A DNA stretch of 64,000 nt from Convolutriloba macropyga (lineage: Eukaryota). The stretch covers positions 38,874,001-38,938,000 of the forward strand of contig NC_134482.1 of the NCBI RefSeq assembly GCF_964194025.1. Reading direction: 5' to 3'. The notes under the pieces are model-generated. The model was given only the letters and a program-made list of their open reading frames with translations, made no database searches and was not told where the DNA came from. Below are positions 51,401 to 62,641 of this stretch, one piece after another. The position numbers were made by a program, and so were the translations under genes. Numbering within the stretch: position 1 is the stretch's first letter; each line of letters begins with the position of its first letter.

Positions 51401-51895
51401 CCATTAATCACTTGGAAACTTTATGAGTCGAAAAGAAAAAGTTGTGTTAGAACCTAAAATTTGTTTTCAACTGAAAAACAAATTTCAATACTAGATTCCT
51501 GACATTAGAATCAAACAAGAAATTTCCCCAAACTATAGAGAAAGACATTCTTCTTTTCAGTTTTTAAACTAACTCCTTGTTTGTGGAAGGTTAGTTGTTC
51601 TACATGGCGTGACTCTCAATTTGAGAAAACGAATTAGACTTAATAATGTCGGGCTGACGTATGAAAACGTATTTTTTAAAGCGGCTTTTTAAATACGCGA
51701 ATAAATTTGAACTTCAATCCAAACGGAAAAATTCAACTCGTTTTTTTATATACGCGAATAAATTTGAAATTCAATCCAAAATCTGTAATGCCTAAAATAT
51801 GCCAAAATTTTTCCAATAATCATGACTAAACTCCACTTCGTTTTTCAAAGACGATATGTTAGAGAAACATCACTGAGTCCTGAAAACAATCATCC

Positions 51896-52048
51896 CTGGA
51901 TTAACGTTGTTTGCGCGAATCCCGTTTTTTCCCTCCTCGACTGCAATGCATTTTGTCAGCATATCCAGAGCAGCTTTCGACATACAATAGTGGGCATAAT
52001 TTGGCATTGGATTCGTTGCCAGAAATGACGAATTGTTTATAATATTTC
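51896..52048 (-). CDS. SDR paralog D, exon 3 (second half of the ancestral exon 2)
   Basis: atgcag|GA AAT ATT: (G)NIINNSS...YCMSK...RANNVNP(G); 153 nt; 216+153 = 369 nt as in paralogs B and C. Confidence 0.88.
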
Positions 52049-52050
52049 CT

Positions 52051-52390
52051 GCATATTTTCCGTTATTGCCATCCGACCCCGGGTAGACCAAAAGTTGTTA
52101 TATACACAGTTATACAGAATCTGCCATTCCGTAGTATAAATCATCATCAAATACTATAGCCGGAAAATATAAAATTTCTCAGGTGACCGAATTTAGATAC
52201 CGTAATTGAGTGGTAAAAATGGCTCAAATTAACTCAGGTGGTCAATGATTTTGATTGGTTGAAAACTCTCACGGTCCGCTAAGGCATGCCCTGACCTGTA
52301 TGGCATATAGCCTAATAAAGTATTTACCGAAGCAAAAATATGAAACAACTAGGTGGTGGGGGGGGGGGGGGGGCAAAGCGGAAAATATCC
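52051..52390. mobile_element. 340 bp non-autonomous TIR element (MITE) with 8 bp TSD, forming a gained intron in SDR-D (introner-like)
   Basis: TSD TATTTCCT at 52043-52050 and 52391-52398. Imperfect TIRs GCATATTTTCCGTTATTGCC (+, from 52051) and GGATATTTTCCGCTTTGCC (-, from 52390). Absent from the same position in paralogs B and C. Confidence 0.85.
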
Positions 52391-52396
52391 TATTTC

Positions 52397-52612
52397 CTTT
52401 TGTTTTCCTCAAATGGGGAATACAGAGCTTTGTCATTCTGACTGCTGATTTGATGTTGATGTCAAATACAGTATCGAAAACTTCCATCGAAGGGTCGCTT
52501 AATTCGCTGCTAAAACTAGAGCCAGCATTGTTGAACAATATATCCAGTCGACCAAATTTTTCCACTGCTTCGTTTACTATTTTCTCACAAACTCCCTCAG
52601 TTCGTAAGTCAC
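52397..52612 (-). CDS. SDR paralog D, exon 2 (first half of the ancestral exon 2)
   Basis: ttcgttcag|GT GAC TTA: DLRTEGVCE...ILFNNAG...PHLRKTK(G); 216 nt; followed by a GA donor. Confidence 0.88.
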
Positions 52613-52789
52613 CTGAACGAATGATATGAAACTAATTTATTTGAAAGTAAGAAACGTTTTTATAAAAAATGGTCAAACAAAAAAGAACTTTTTCAATAAT
52701 ATGAATTTGTCAGCATAATTCTTTTTGTATTTATTTTAACGAATGGATCAAAAATGGATGGTTTGCCAAGTTGAGCTCCCAGAATAAAA

Positions 52790-55400
52790 ATCCATAAGTT
52801 CGGACCGTCCCAGACAAACCATGTATATGTACAGACTGCCCCAGATGGAACGTACCTATGTCCAGACTTTCGTGCGTTCAAAAACATTTGTGCGTTCTTC
52901 ATGCGCTCAAACGTCCCTAAGTCCAAATCGTGCGTTCAAAGTTTCGACAACCCCCAGGTGCGTTCATTTCGGTCAGCACATATCGACTTTCTTTTGGTCT
53001 ATAACCTCACTCTGAGCTTCCTGGAAAAAAAACAACCCAACCCCGACTGTCGGAGAGATCTATTTCTTAACATTCACCTACTGAAATATTCAAAAGATTA
53101 ACACTAAAATAAAAATTACAGAAAATTTTTACCATCAGCGTATTTTAAAAAACCTGACCATGTTTTGTTTCTTGTTTTAAAACCGTCGAAAACGAATTAT
53201 TATCTGAAAAACATCGATTTTTACGATTTCAAAATTGCAAGATATATCAAAGAAAATGAAGCAAAAAAAAATCAATTCAAAAAATTCAATGCCAAAAATT
53301 TTCTATTATTCAACATGCATCTTATTGTGCAATTGCTGTGAGCTGAGCCGGTGATTTGTGAGTTTAAAAAGCTATAAGATAAACTGAGAAAATTTAAATT
53401 TAATTTCTTGAGGTCCCAGACAAAAAGACCATATCTCCAGACTGTTCCGGACAAAACATGTCTATGTCCAGACTGCCCCAGACGGAACGTACCTATGCCA
53501 AGAATCTCTTGTGTGCAAACAATTTTTTGCGTTATTCGTGCGTTCAAATGTCCCTATGTCCAGACTTTCGTGCGTTCAAAGTTTCTTCTTTCAAGACTAT
53601 CGTGCGTCAAAATTGCCTATAATTAGACTATTGTGCGTTCAATCGTGTTTCCAGACCGTGTAATTTTGAAGGCACATCACCCCCTTGTGCGTTCAATTCC
53701 GTCTCTACATATAGACTTTTGGTCTCTGACAATAATGGGGTTTCCCAGAAAAATCAAACCCCGGACAAAGAAATCTATTTCTTGACAATCTCATAATGAA
53801 TTACTCGAAAGTTCAACAAGAAACTAAAAATACATTAATTTTTTACCCTGAACGTAACCTAAAATAACCTGACAATATTTTGCTTCTTTTGAAACCGTCG
53901 AAAACGAAGTATCATCTGAAAAACGTCGACTTTTATTATTTCAAAATTGCAAGGTAAATCGGAGAAATTGAAGCAAAAAAAATCAATTCATAAAATTCAA
54001 AGCTAAAATTTTTTCTATTATTTAACATGCATCTTAATGTACAATTGCTGTCAACTGAGCCGGTGATTTGTGAGTATAACAAGCTATAACAAAAACTAAG
54101 GAACTTTAACTTTAATTTCTTGAGTTCCCAGTCCAAAATTCCATGGACGTCCTCGACAAAATCTTTCTATGTCCACACCGCTCCTGACGCAACATACCCA
54201 AGTCCAGAATTTCGTGCATTCTAGAAAGCTTGTGCGCTCATCGTGCGTTCAAACGTCCCTATGTCCAGACTTTTGCGCGTTCAAAAAATTTCTTTTGCGT
54301 TGTTCATGCGTTCAAATGTCCCTATGTCCAGACTCGTGCGTTCAAAGTTTCTCATGCCTAGAATATCGTGCTTTCAAAGTTTGTAAAGACTATCGTGCGT
54401 TTAAAAGCTATGGGTACAAAAATTTTTGGTCTATCCGGAGTTATTACCATCCGACCCCGGGTTGACAAAAAATTGTTAAATATCCGGTTTTTGAAACTCT
54501 GCCATTACATAGTATAAATTATATCATGGGATACTAAAGCCGTAAACTCTAAATTGTCTCAAGTGAATGCATTCAAATACAGTAATTGAAAGGTAAAACT
54601 GGGTCAATTTAACTCAGGTGGTCGATGATTTTGACTGGTTGTCAACTCCCACGGTAGGTTACCAAACCAAAATATGAAACAACTTGGCGGGGGGGGGGGT
54701 CAAATCGGAAAAGATCCTATTTCCTTTTGTTTTACTCAAACGCGGAATACAATCGTTGAAGAATAAAGTCACTCGTCCCAATTTTTTCCACTGCTTCGTT
54801 TACTATTTTCTCACAAATAACTCCCTCAGTTCGTAAGTCACATGAACGAATGTTAAAATTTATTTTGAAACTAACATATTTTAATTGCATAATTTTTTTT
54901 TAAATCGGTCAGACAAAAAGGATTTTTTTCAATATTATAATTTTGTCAGCATATTTTTTTTGTATTTATTTTAACAATTGGCTAAAAATCAATAGTTTCC
55001 CAAGTTGAGGTCCCAGAACGAGAATCCATATGTCTGGACCATCCGAGACAAAACATGTCTATGTCCAGACTCCACCAGACAGAACACACCTAAGTCCAGA
55101 CTTTCGTGTGTTCCAAAAAAAATGTGCAAAAAATGTGCGTTTTTCGTGCATTCAAACATCCCTATGTCCAGACTTTCGTGTATGCAAACTTCCTTGTGTC
55201 CAGACTATCGTGCGTTCATTCGCATTTCTTGTAATTCTGAGCGCACGATATCCACTTGTGCGTTCCTTTTAGTCTGTACATATCGAATTTCAGTCTAGGA
55301 CCTCAGTCTGGGTTTCCTAGAAAAATCAAACCCCGGTTGAAGAAATCTATTTCTTAACCTTCTCATGCTCAATTACTCGAAAGTTCGACAAAAAGTGAGC
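52790..55400. repeat. Locally duplicated repeat family with TATGTCCAGACTTTCGTGCGTTCAAA subrepeats (about 4 blocks); a related patch lies near 17280-17550
   Basis: Blocks at ~52790-53000, 53410-53720, 54130-54410 and 55005-55320; 53140-53850 resembles 53860-54430. Confidence 0.75.
54440..54850 (-). pseudogene. Decayed duplicate of SDR-D exon 2 plus most of the adjacent MITE intron
   Basis: Aligns by eye to ~52062-52620. About 100 nt of the exon are deleted and the acceptor CAG is mutated to CAT. Confidence 0.85.
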
Positions 55401-56184
55401 TGATTTTACATAAGTACAAGCCTGGCAAATGGTTTGGCCTAAAGTCTGCTCTTGACCAATGTCTGGCCAATGTTCTTGACAGCTGTGTGCTCAGATTCTG
55501 CTTGGTATTGCTGTTCAGTCTGCCCAATCGTCTTGAAAACATTCTGCCTGATGGTCCGGACAACGGCCTAGCCTAGTGTCTTTTCGGTCTGGCGAACGTT
55601 ACGGACAAAGTCGGTTTACTCTGACCAATGGTCGCCAATGTCTGTTTGCTCTGGCCAAGAGCAGCCAAAGTCTGTTCGGTCTGGCCAATAACTAACTGTG
55701 GGTATAGTCGGCCTGGAGCCCCTGTTCCCAATCTAAGTCTTTCAAGCCATTACTCGCCTTGAGTTGCTGACTCCTTCCTTAAGAACAGTTCCAAGAACTT
55801 GGGGGTATAATATAAATATCAAAGTTTTTGTACCAGTTGTTTTTTCATAAAATTATGTTTTTTAGACATTTGGCCACAATTTTACCGTAGCTGGCGCATT
55901 TAAAAAGCTTTCGAACAAGTTCGAAGAAATGCAACTAATAGACTATTACATTACCCAGAAAACACACGTGAAACACAAGAAATCACTGTACCCAGAAAAC
56001 ACAAGTAGTTCTATTATTAGAGAGTCCTTTCATGAATTAAACGTGCTAACAGCAAGCGCTTATAAAAAACGAGCAGGAGTCTGATCACGGCTGAGTATTG
56101 TCTGAATGGGTTTGATCATGACTCATTAAAGTCTGGATGGGTCTGATCATTAACGCCCACCTCAATATTAGTACAGTTTCTCAA

Positions 56185-58160
56185 AAGTGTTGCATTTTTC
56201 TACGGATGCGCTGAATTTGCGCTGAAAAATTGTAAGAAATAAGCTGAAACTTTGCTCTATCTACTTTTCTCTCAAAAGCGCTGAAGTTTTTCTGGAGATT
56301 TGCTGAATTTGCACGGAAACTTTGTAAGAATTGCGTTGAAATCTTATTGTATCTACGTTTTCTTAAGAACGCTGAACTTTCCTACGGATGTGCTGAAATT
56401 GCGCTCAAACTTTGTAAGAAAAGCACTGAAATTTTGTTGTTTATACGTTCTCTTAAAAGCGCTGAATTTTTTTAAGGAAGTTCTGAATTTGCGCTGAAAC
56501 TTTGTAAGAAATGCGCTGAAATTTTATTGTGTTTACGCTTATCTAATAGCACTAAAATTTATTTATGGATGCGCTGAAATTGCGCTGAAAATTTTCTTCG
56601 GATGTGCTGAATGTGCAATCAAATTTTGTAGAAAACGCGCTGAATTTTTATTGTTTTTACGTTTTCTTAAAAGCACTGAAATTTTATTTGGGGAAGTGCT
56701 GAATTTGCCCTGAAACTTTGTAAGAAATGCGCTAAAATTTTTTTGTTTCTTCTTTTTCTTAAAAGCACTGAAATTTTATTTGGGGAAGTGCTGAATTTGC
56801 CCTGAAACTTTGTAAGAAATGCGCTAAAATTTTTTTGTTTCTACGTTTTCCTAAAAGCACTGAAATTTATTTACGGATGCGCTGAATTTTCTCTGAAAAT
56901 TTCTACGGGTGTGCTGAATGTGCAATAAAACTTTGTAAGAAATGTGCTGAAATTTTATTGTTTTTACGTTTTCTAAAAAAGCGCTGATATTTTTTTACAG
57001 ATGCGCTGCTTTGCGCAGAAATTGTGTAAGAAATGCCCTGATTTTTTCTTTTCTCTACGTTTTCTCAATAGCGCTGAACTTTTTCTGCAGATGTGCTGAA
57101 TTTGGGCTGAAACTTTGTTTAAAAAGCGCTGAAATTTTGTTGTAGCTATGTTTTCTCAAAAGCGCTGAATTTTTTTACGGATGTGCTGAATTTGCGCTGG
57201 AACTTTGTAGGATATGCGCTGAAAATCTATTGTATCGACAAATTCTTAAAAGCGCTGAAATTTTCCGCGGATGTGTTGAATTTGCGCTGAAACTTTGTGA
57301 GAGTTGCGCTGAAATTTTTTTGTATCTACATTTTCTTAAAAGTGCTGAAGTTTTTTCACGGATGTGCTGAATTTGCGCTGAAACTTTGTGAGAATTGCGC
57401 TGAAATTTTTTTGTATCTACTTTTATTTAAAAGTGCTGAAGTTTTTTCACGGATGGGTTGAATTTGCGCTGAAACTTTGTAAGATTTGCGCTGAAAGTTT
57501 ATTGTTTTTACGCTTTTCTAAAGGCACTGAAGTTTATTTACGGATGTGCTGAATGTGCGATAAAATTTTGTAGGAAACGCGCTGAATTTTTATTGTGTTT
57601 ACAGTTTCTTAAAAGCGCTGAAATTTTATTTAGGGAAGCGCCGAATGTGCGATGAAACTTGTTGCTTTGAAAATTTATTGTTTTCACGTTTTCTTAAAAT
57701 GGCTGAATTTTTATACGGATGCGCTGAATTTGCGATAAAAATTTGTAAGAAATGAGCTGAAAAAAAGTGCTGAAGCTCTCGCAAGAATTGTACTCAAAAT
57801 GCGCTGAAAGTATGCAGGATGGGATAAATTTGCGCCGAAACTTTGTAAGATTTGCGCTGAAATTTTTTTTTGTATCTACGTTTTCTTAAAAGCGCTGAAC
57901 TTTTCTACGGATGTGCTGACTTTGCGCTGAAATTTTGTAAGATATGCACTGAAAAAAAATGCTGAAACTTTTGCAAGAATTGTACTCAAAATGCGCTGAA
58001 AATATGCAAGAAGTACGCTGAATTTGCGCTGAACTTCTGAAATTTCAGCGCGTTTTCAAAGTTTTGGAGCATTTCAATGTATTAAGCGCTTTTCTTACAT
58101 ATTATCAGCGCATTCAGCGTACTTCTTATAAAAAAAATGCGCTAAAACGGCGCTGACATC
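56185..58160. repeat. ~90 bp degenerate minisatellite of GCGCTGAA motifs (~20 copies) ending in inverted TTCAGCGC-type motifs; probably the interior of a non-autonomous DNA element
   Basis: GGATG(T/G)G anchor at ~57180, 57270, 57361, 57452 and 57543. Confidence 0.88.
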
Positions 58161-61100
58161 TGGACACGAGTACTTTTTTTTCGTTTGATCTCATTATCGC
58201 CTCTCATGGCGTGTCAATGAGTTGAAATTTACCAAAATCACTAATTTGTAAGGTCTTACTTGTTTGCTGACTTTGTTGGTTTATACTTTAAGATAAGTAA
58301 TGTGTTTAATTTCTTAATAACTAAAAATAGACATTGATTTCGGTTTCTTAGCGCTATTTTACAAGTTTTATGAGCAGATAGTTTTGAAAAAACATTCTTC
58401 GAACAAAAATTACCTCTAAGCCCATAATAAGTTTTCAGTAGAGGACAAACGTTTTTCCGTTAACCGGGCTGACGACAATAAACCCATCATAGTTACCATA
58501 TCAAAGTCATGTATTTTGCGTATTGTATCTTGGATACAATATCAAAGAACATAAAAAAACACAAGGTCTCTTATGACATATTTTGGATCGCATATTAAGC
58601 ACAATGTGACAATATTTTTAAATAATGGAAAAACTTTTCTGTGGCGACTTAGATTCCTTATACAACACCATAGAAATCTATGGCTCAGAAAAGACCTACA
58701 ATATAAAAATTCCGCATCCGTTTTTTATGGTTGAAGGAACTTCAATTAACTTGATAGAAAGATAGGAAGACAAAAGAAAACAAGGTTGAGAAAAAGATGA
58801 ATTCATGGCGTCAAGATCATATATGGTGTCTTAGAGACCATAGCCAAGACCATAATATTTTCTTGGATAGCATTTTCGAGATCATACAAGTTACCTTTTG
58901 AGATAATGGAATGAAAAGCATTCACTTGGTTACTACATTTAATTTTTTGCCGAATCTTAGAAAACTTTTCAAAGATCATATGTGTTGTATTAGATACCAT
59001 ACCCAAGACAATAACATTTTCTTGGATACCATATCCAAGATCATAAAACACTCGATCTGAGAGAAGTTCATCAACATTGTGTTGCTCTGCTAAAACTACG
59101 TTTTATACGCAAAATCTTTGAAAAATTACCAAAGATCATATATGGCTTCTTAGCAACTTCATACACGAGATTATGCCTTGAGTTGGATGGAACTATATGC
59201 TCTTTAATACGGTATCTAAGAACTAATTTCATCTAAATTATTTAAGTTCAGGAAAAACATTTTGAGTCAATAGAGCAATAGTTGTTCTACTTAAGTTGCT
59301 AAATGATGTTTTCAATCACTTTTTAAATGAAACCAACCGATTTTGTCGAATGTAGCCAAATTGCCACAAAATACGATTGAGTTAGACCTCATTTGGAGTA
59401 ACTGAGTTTTGGTATGACTAGTCAAGTTTGTCTTATCTGCTTCCCACAATATTACCAATCTTTGTCAGAAAAAACTGTCTCTTTTTCAATATTAAAAATG
59501 CTTGAAACATAAAGTTGAAAAGGAGGCTTGGTAATGAGCGTTCGCACATATTGTTCCAACCCAGCTGATCCACGTTGATTCAAATGTCTACCAAAGGCGG
59601 AAGAGATACAAATTTTTCAAAAATCACATATCATTCAACAAAAAATTAGATGAAAAAATAATGCTTTATTAGAGAGCCGATGAGACTTGCCATCAATGAG
59701 AGTACAGGACAAGACACACCAAGGTACATATAATGACAAAGATTAGTTACGACCAAAACTCAATGTCCATATTTAAAAGATACAAAATGAAAAAGAAATC
59801 AGAAAACGCTTTTCTTAAATAAATTCAACCTGCACTTCAATAGATGATCATTGGATAAGATAAAATATCTCTCAATAATGGGACTCTGTGACAGACCTAC
59901 AAGAATATCAAAAGAGTCGGAGTTCAAAAATGATTTTCTCTTTTTGAAATTAACCACTTTTAAACCGATTGAAACAAATATGTATCAACTCGGCCCATTA
60001 AAAAGTTCAACTCGGCCCATTAAAAAGGCCGAGTTTCATTAATACCTCATAGGAATATATTGAGACTTGTCATTATCCATATTATGTTGGACGACTGCAA
60101 CAATAACGGCAAAAATGAAACAAAAAACAATTAGATTTAACAGGAACGGTACAGCAAGCGCTAACTCCAACTCGGCAAAACATTAGTGCAATAACTTGGA
60201 AAGGAAACAAAAACCTCAGAATGGGCAAATGTCCAATAATTATCCCTTTCTTATGAAAATGCGTAATATCAAAGCCAGAAAACCATTGGTTTAAAAATTA
60301 TGAAGTATGAATCTTGTTTTGCTGAAAGGAGTATGAAACCTGTCGTTACAGAGACTCAGCTACAAAACTGAAAGAAATACGGTTAATTTGAAAAAACTCA
60401 TAAGTCCACAGATTTTCTTTACAACAAAAATTTTCAAAAACCCAAACAAACCTTGCGCTTTCAAGTTAAAACAAAACAAAGAAAAGTTTCAGATGCTTAT
60501 GAAGCCACTTGTGCTTATTATTATTGAGATCGAATCATAGGACGACAAAAAGCAGCAAATGCGGACAGAACAAACATTTTCACAAACGATTTATTAAAAC
60601 AACAATGATGAAAATATTATGCCTGTAATACATTGAAAACAGTTAAAAACTTTAAGCTGACGAAAAAGGTTGTACGCTTTGCTTGGCTCTCTTTTGATTT
60701 CAACTGCGTCTTATAGGTAAAGGGTCTTTGTGAAAAAGACAACAAAAGGAACCACAAATTTTGAGGGCAGCCATAGAAAACTCAAAAATTTATTATGAGA
60801 ACATAATTCTAAGCTCTATAGACATCAGTCAAAACATAACAAAAATATTGTTTACAAACAAAAGTAGACATGCTCGGTCAAAAATGAGACTCAGTAACTT
60901 GCTGACGACACACAGAACAAAATATGGGAATAACAAAAAAATTATTTAAAGAAATTAATTCGAAGTCTTTAAAACTGTTAGCTATAAAATGAAATAAAGA
61001 AATAAATTCAATTAAAACCTTGCTTGTCATCAATTTGTCGAAGGACAACAAAAAGAACAAAAACTAGAAGCAAAAACAGAAAAGACTAAAAAAATTGATA

Positions 61101-62445
61101 GAGCACGGATTCACGGCCGTTAAAACTATAGGCTATTCATTGAAGTCTATGAAAAAGTTTTTTGCGCAATCTTTCAATGCCATATGGAGCTTAGTTTTTG
61201 ACAAAAATTGAAAAGGGAACAAGTAAAAGCTTCGAATAGAATCAATTATGCTAAGATTCACAAAACTTTTGTTCAATTTCGTTGTAGGAAAGCCAAAAAT
61301 CATTACTTAAAAATTTCAATAAGAACCAAATCGATTCATTAATTAAAAAGACATAGTCGTGAGGCTGCAAAAAAATGAAAAAAAAAGAAAGCAAAACAAA
61401 AGAAATCATTTGAAGTTTACAAAGACACATTGTCAAGTCTGAAGAAAAACTATATTTTCATAGTGCATTTTTTTGTTGTCAATGAAATCTGTCATTGATT
61501 AGGCCTTGATTTGGAATCATTTTTGTCAATAATCAACATAAGATAAACAAAATTCTAACAGTACAACTATATTTTTTTATATTTTAGCAGTTTTCAAAGA
61601 TTCTGAGAGCAGGTGTTATTCTCTTCTTCCTGCATATTTAAAAAAGTAGTTTTCAAAATCGTATTTTGAGCCAATTTTGATTTGAAAAGGTCTTGAGCAC
61701 AAAAAGTTAGCAGAGTTATTAACCAAAAAACTCGGATAAAACATATTGGCAAACATTCTCTATCCTTAAAAATTTATTTAAAAAACGGAAAACAAGAATA
61801 AAAACAACAGATTTCACTCTACTTTTCCCAAAACTTTAAAGCACGATAACTCCTTGTAAAAAAAAACAAAAATCAAAAATCTTTTTAATTCCCTTCTCTA
61901 CAATGGACGGGCTTTCTAATGATACCAGTCTCAACTCTGCGATGAATATATCGATCGGCCAAAATTAACTGAATAAAAAAAGTAATTTCAGTATATAGTT
62001 CGTCCCCCCACAAGGGGGCCGGAACAATTATCTAAAAGTGAATCTTCAAACATCGGATCTTTGCATCATAATTTTTTGGTACTCTTCACAACAGGAATTG
62101 GAAAAAAAGTACGAATTTACGACTGCCTCTAAATACCTGTGAAGAGACATTTGTTAGATTTATGCGCCGTGCCTCAAACTTTTGAATTAATGGACTCAAT
62201 CACTCTTAAATAAAAGTAGTTTCTTTGTGAGACCAAAGTCCAAATCCTGCCGTTATTTTGAAGGATTCTTGCAAGACTTTTGCAAGATTTTACATTATGA
62301 TAACAGAATCTTGCATGATTAATTCTTGAAATATAAAACGTCTTCTCGGACGATTACCGTCTGTTCGCTCGATCATACAAGATAACCGGTGGAATTGGAC
62401 TACAGGAGAAGAAATTTCTCAAAATGTTTGAAATGTTTTACAAAC

Positions 62446-62641
62446 CTTGAACTAATAAAACTTCAGCATCTTTGTTCACTGCTAGACAATCTTGTTTTGT
62501 CTTTTCCAGTCCTTCGGCATTGCGACCATTGAGACATAGTTTTGTGATTCCCTTTTCCACAAATTTCACAGCCGTGTCTTGTCCTATTCCAGAACTAGCT
62601 CCAGTTATTATCACCACTTTCTCATCAGAGAATAACGGCAT
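62446..62641 (-). CDS. SDR paralog D, exon 1
   Basis: MPLFSDEKVVIITGASSGIG...LLVQ G|GTTTGT; 196 nt; phase 1 matches the exon at 52612. Confidence 0.88.
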
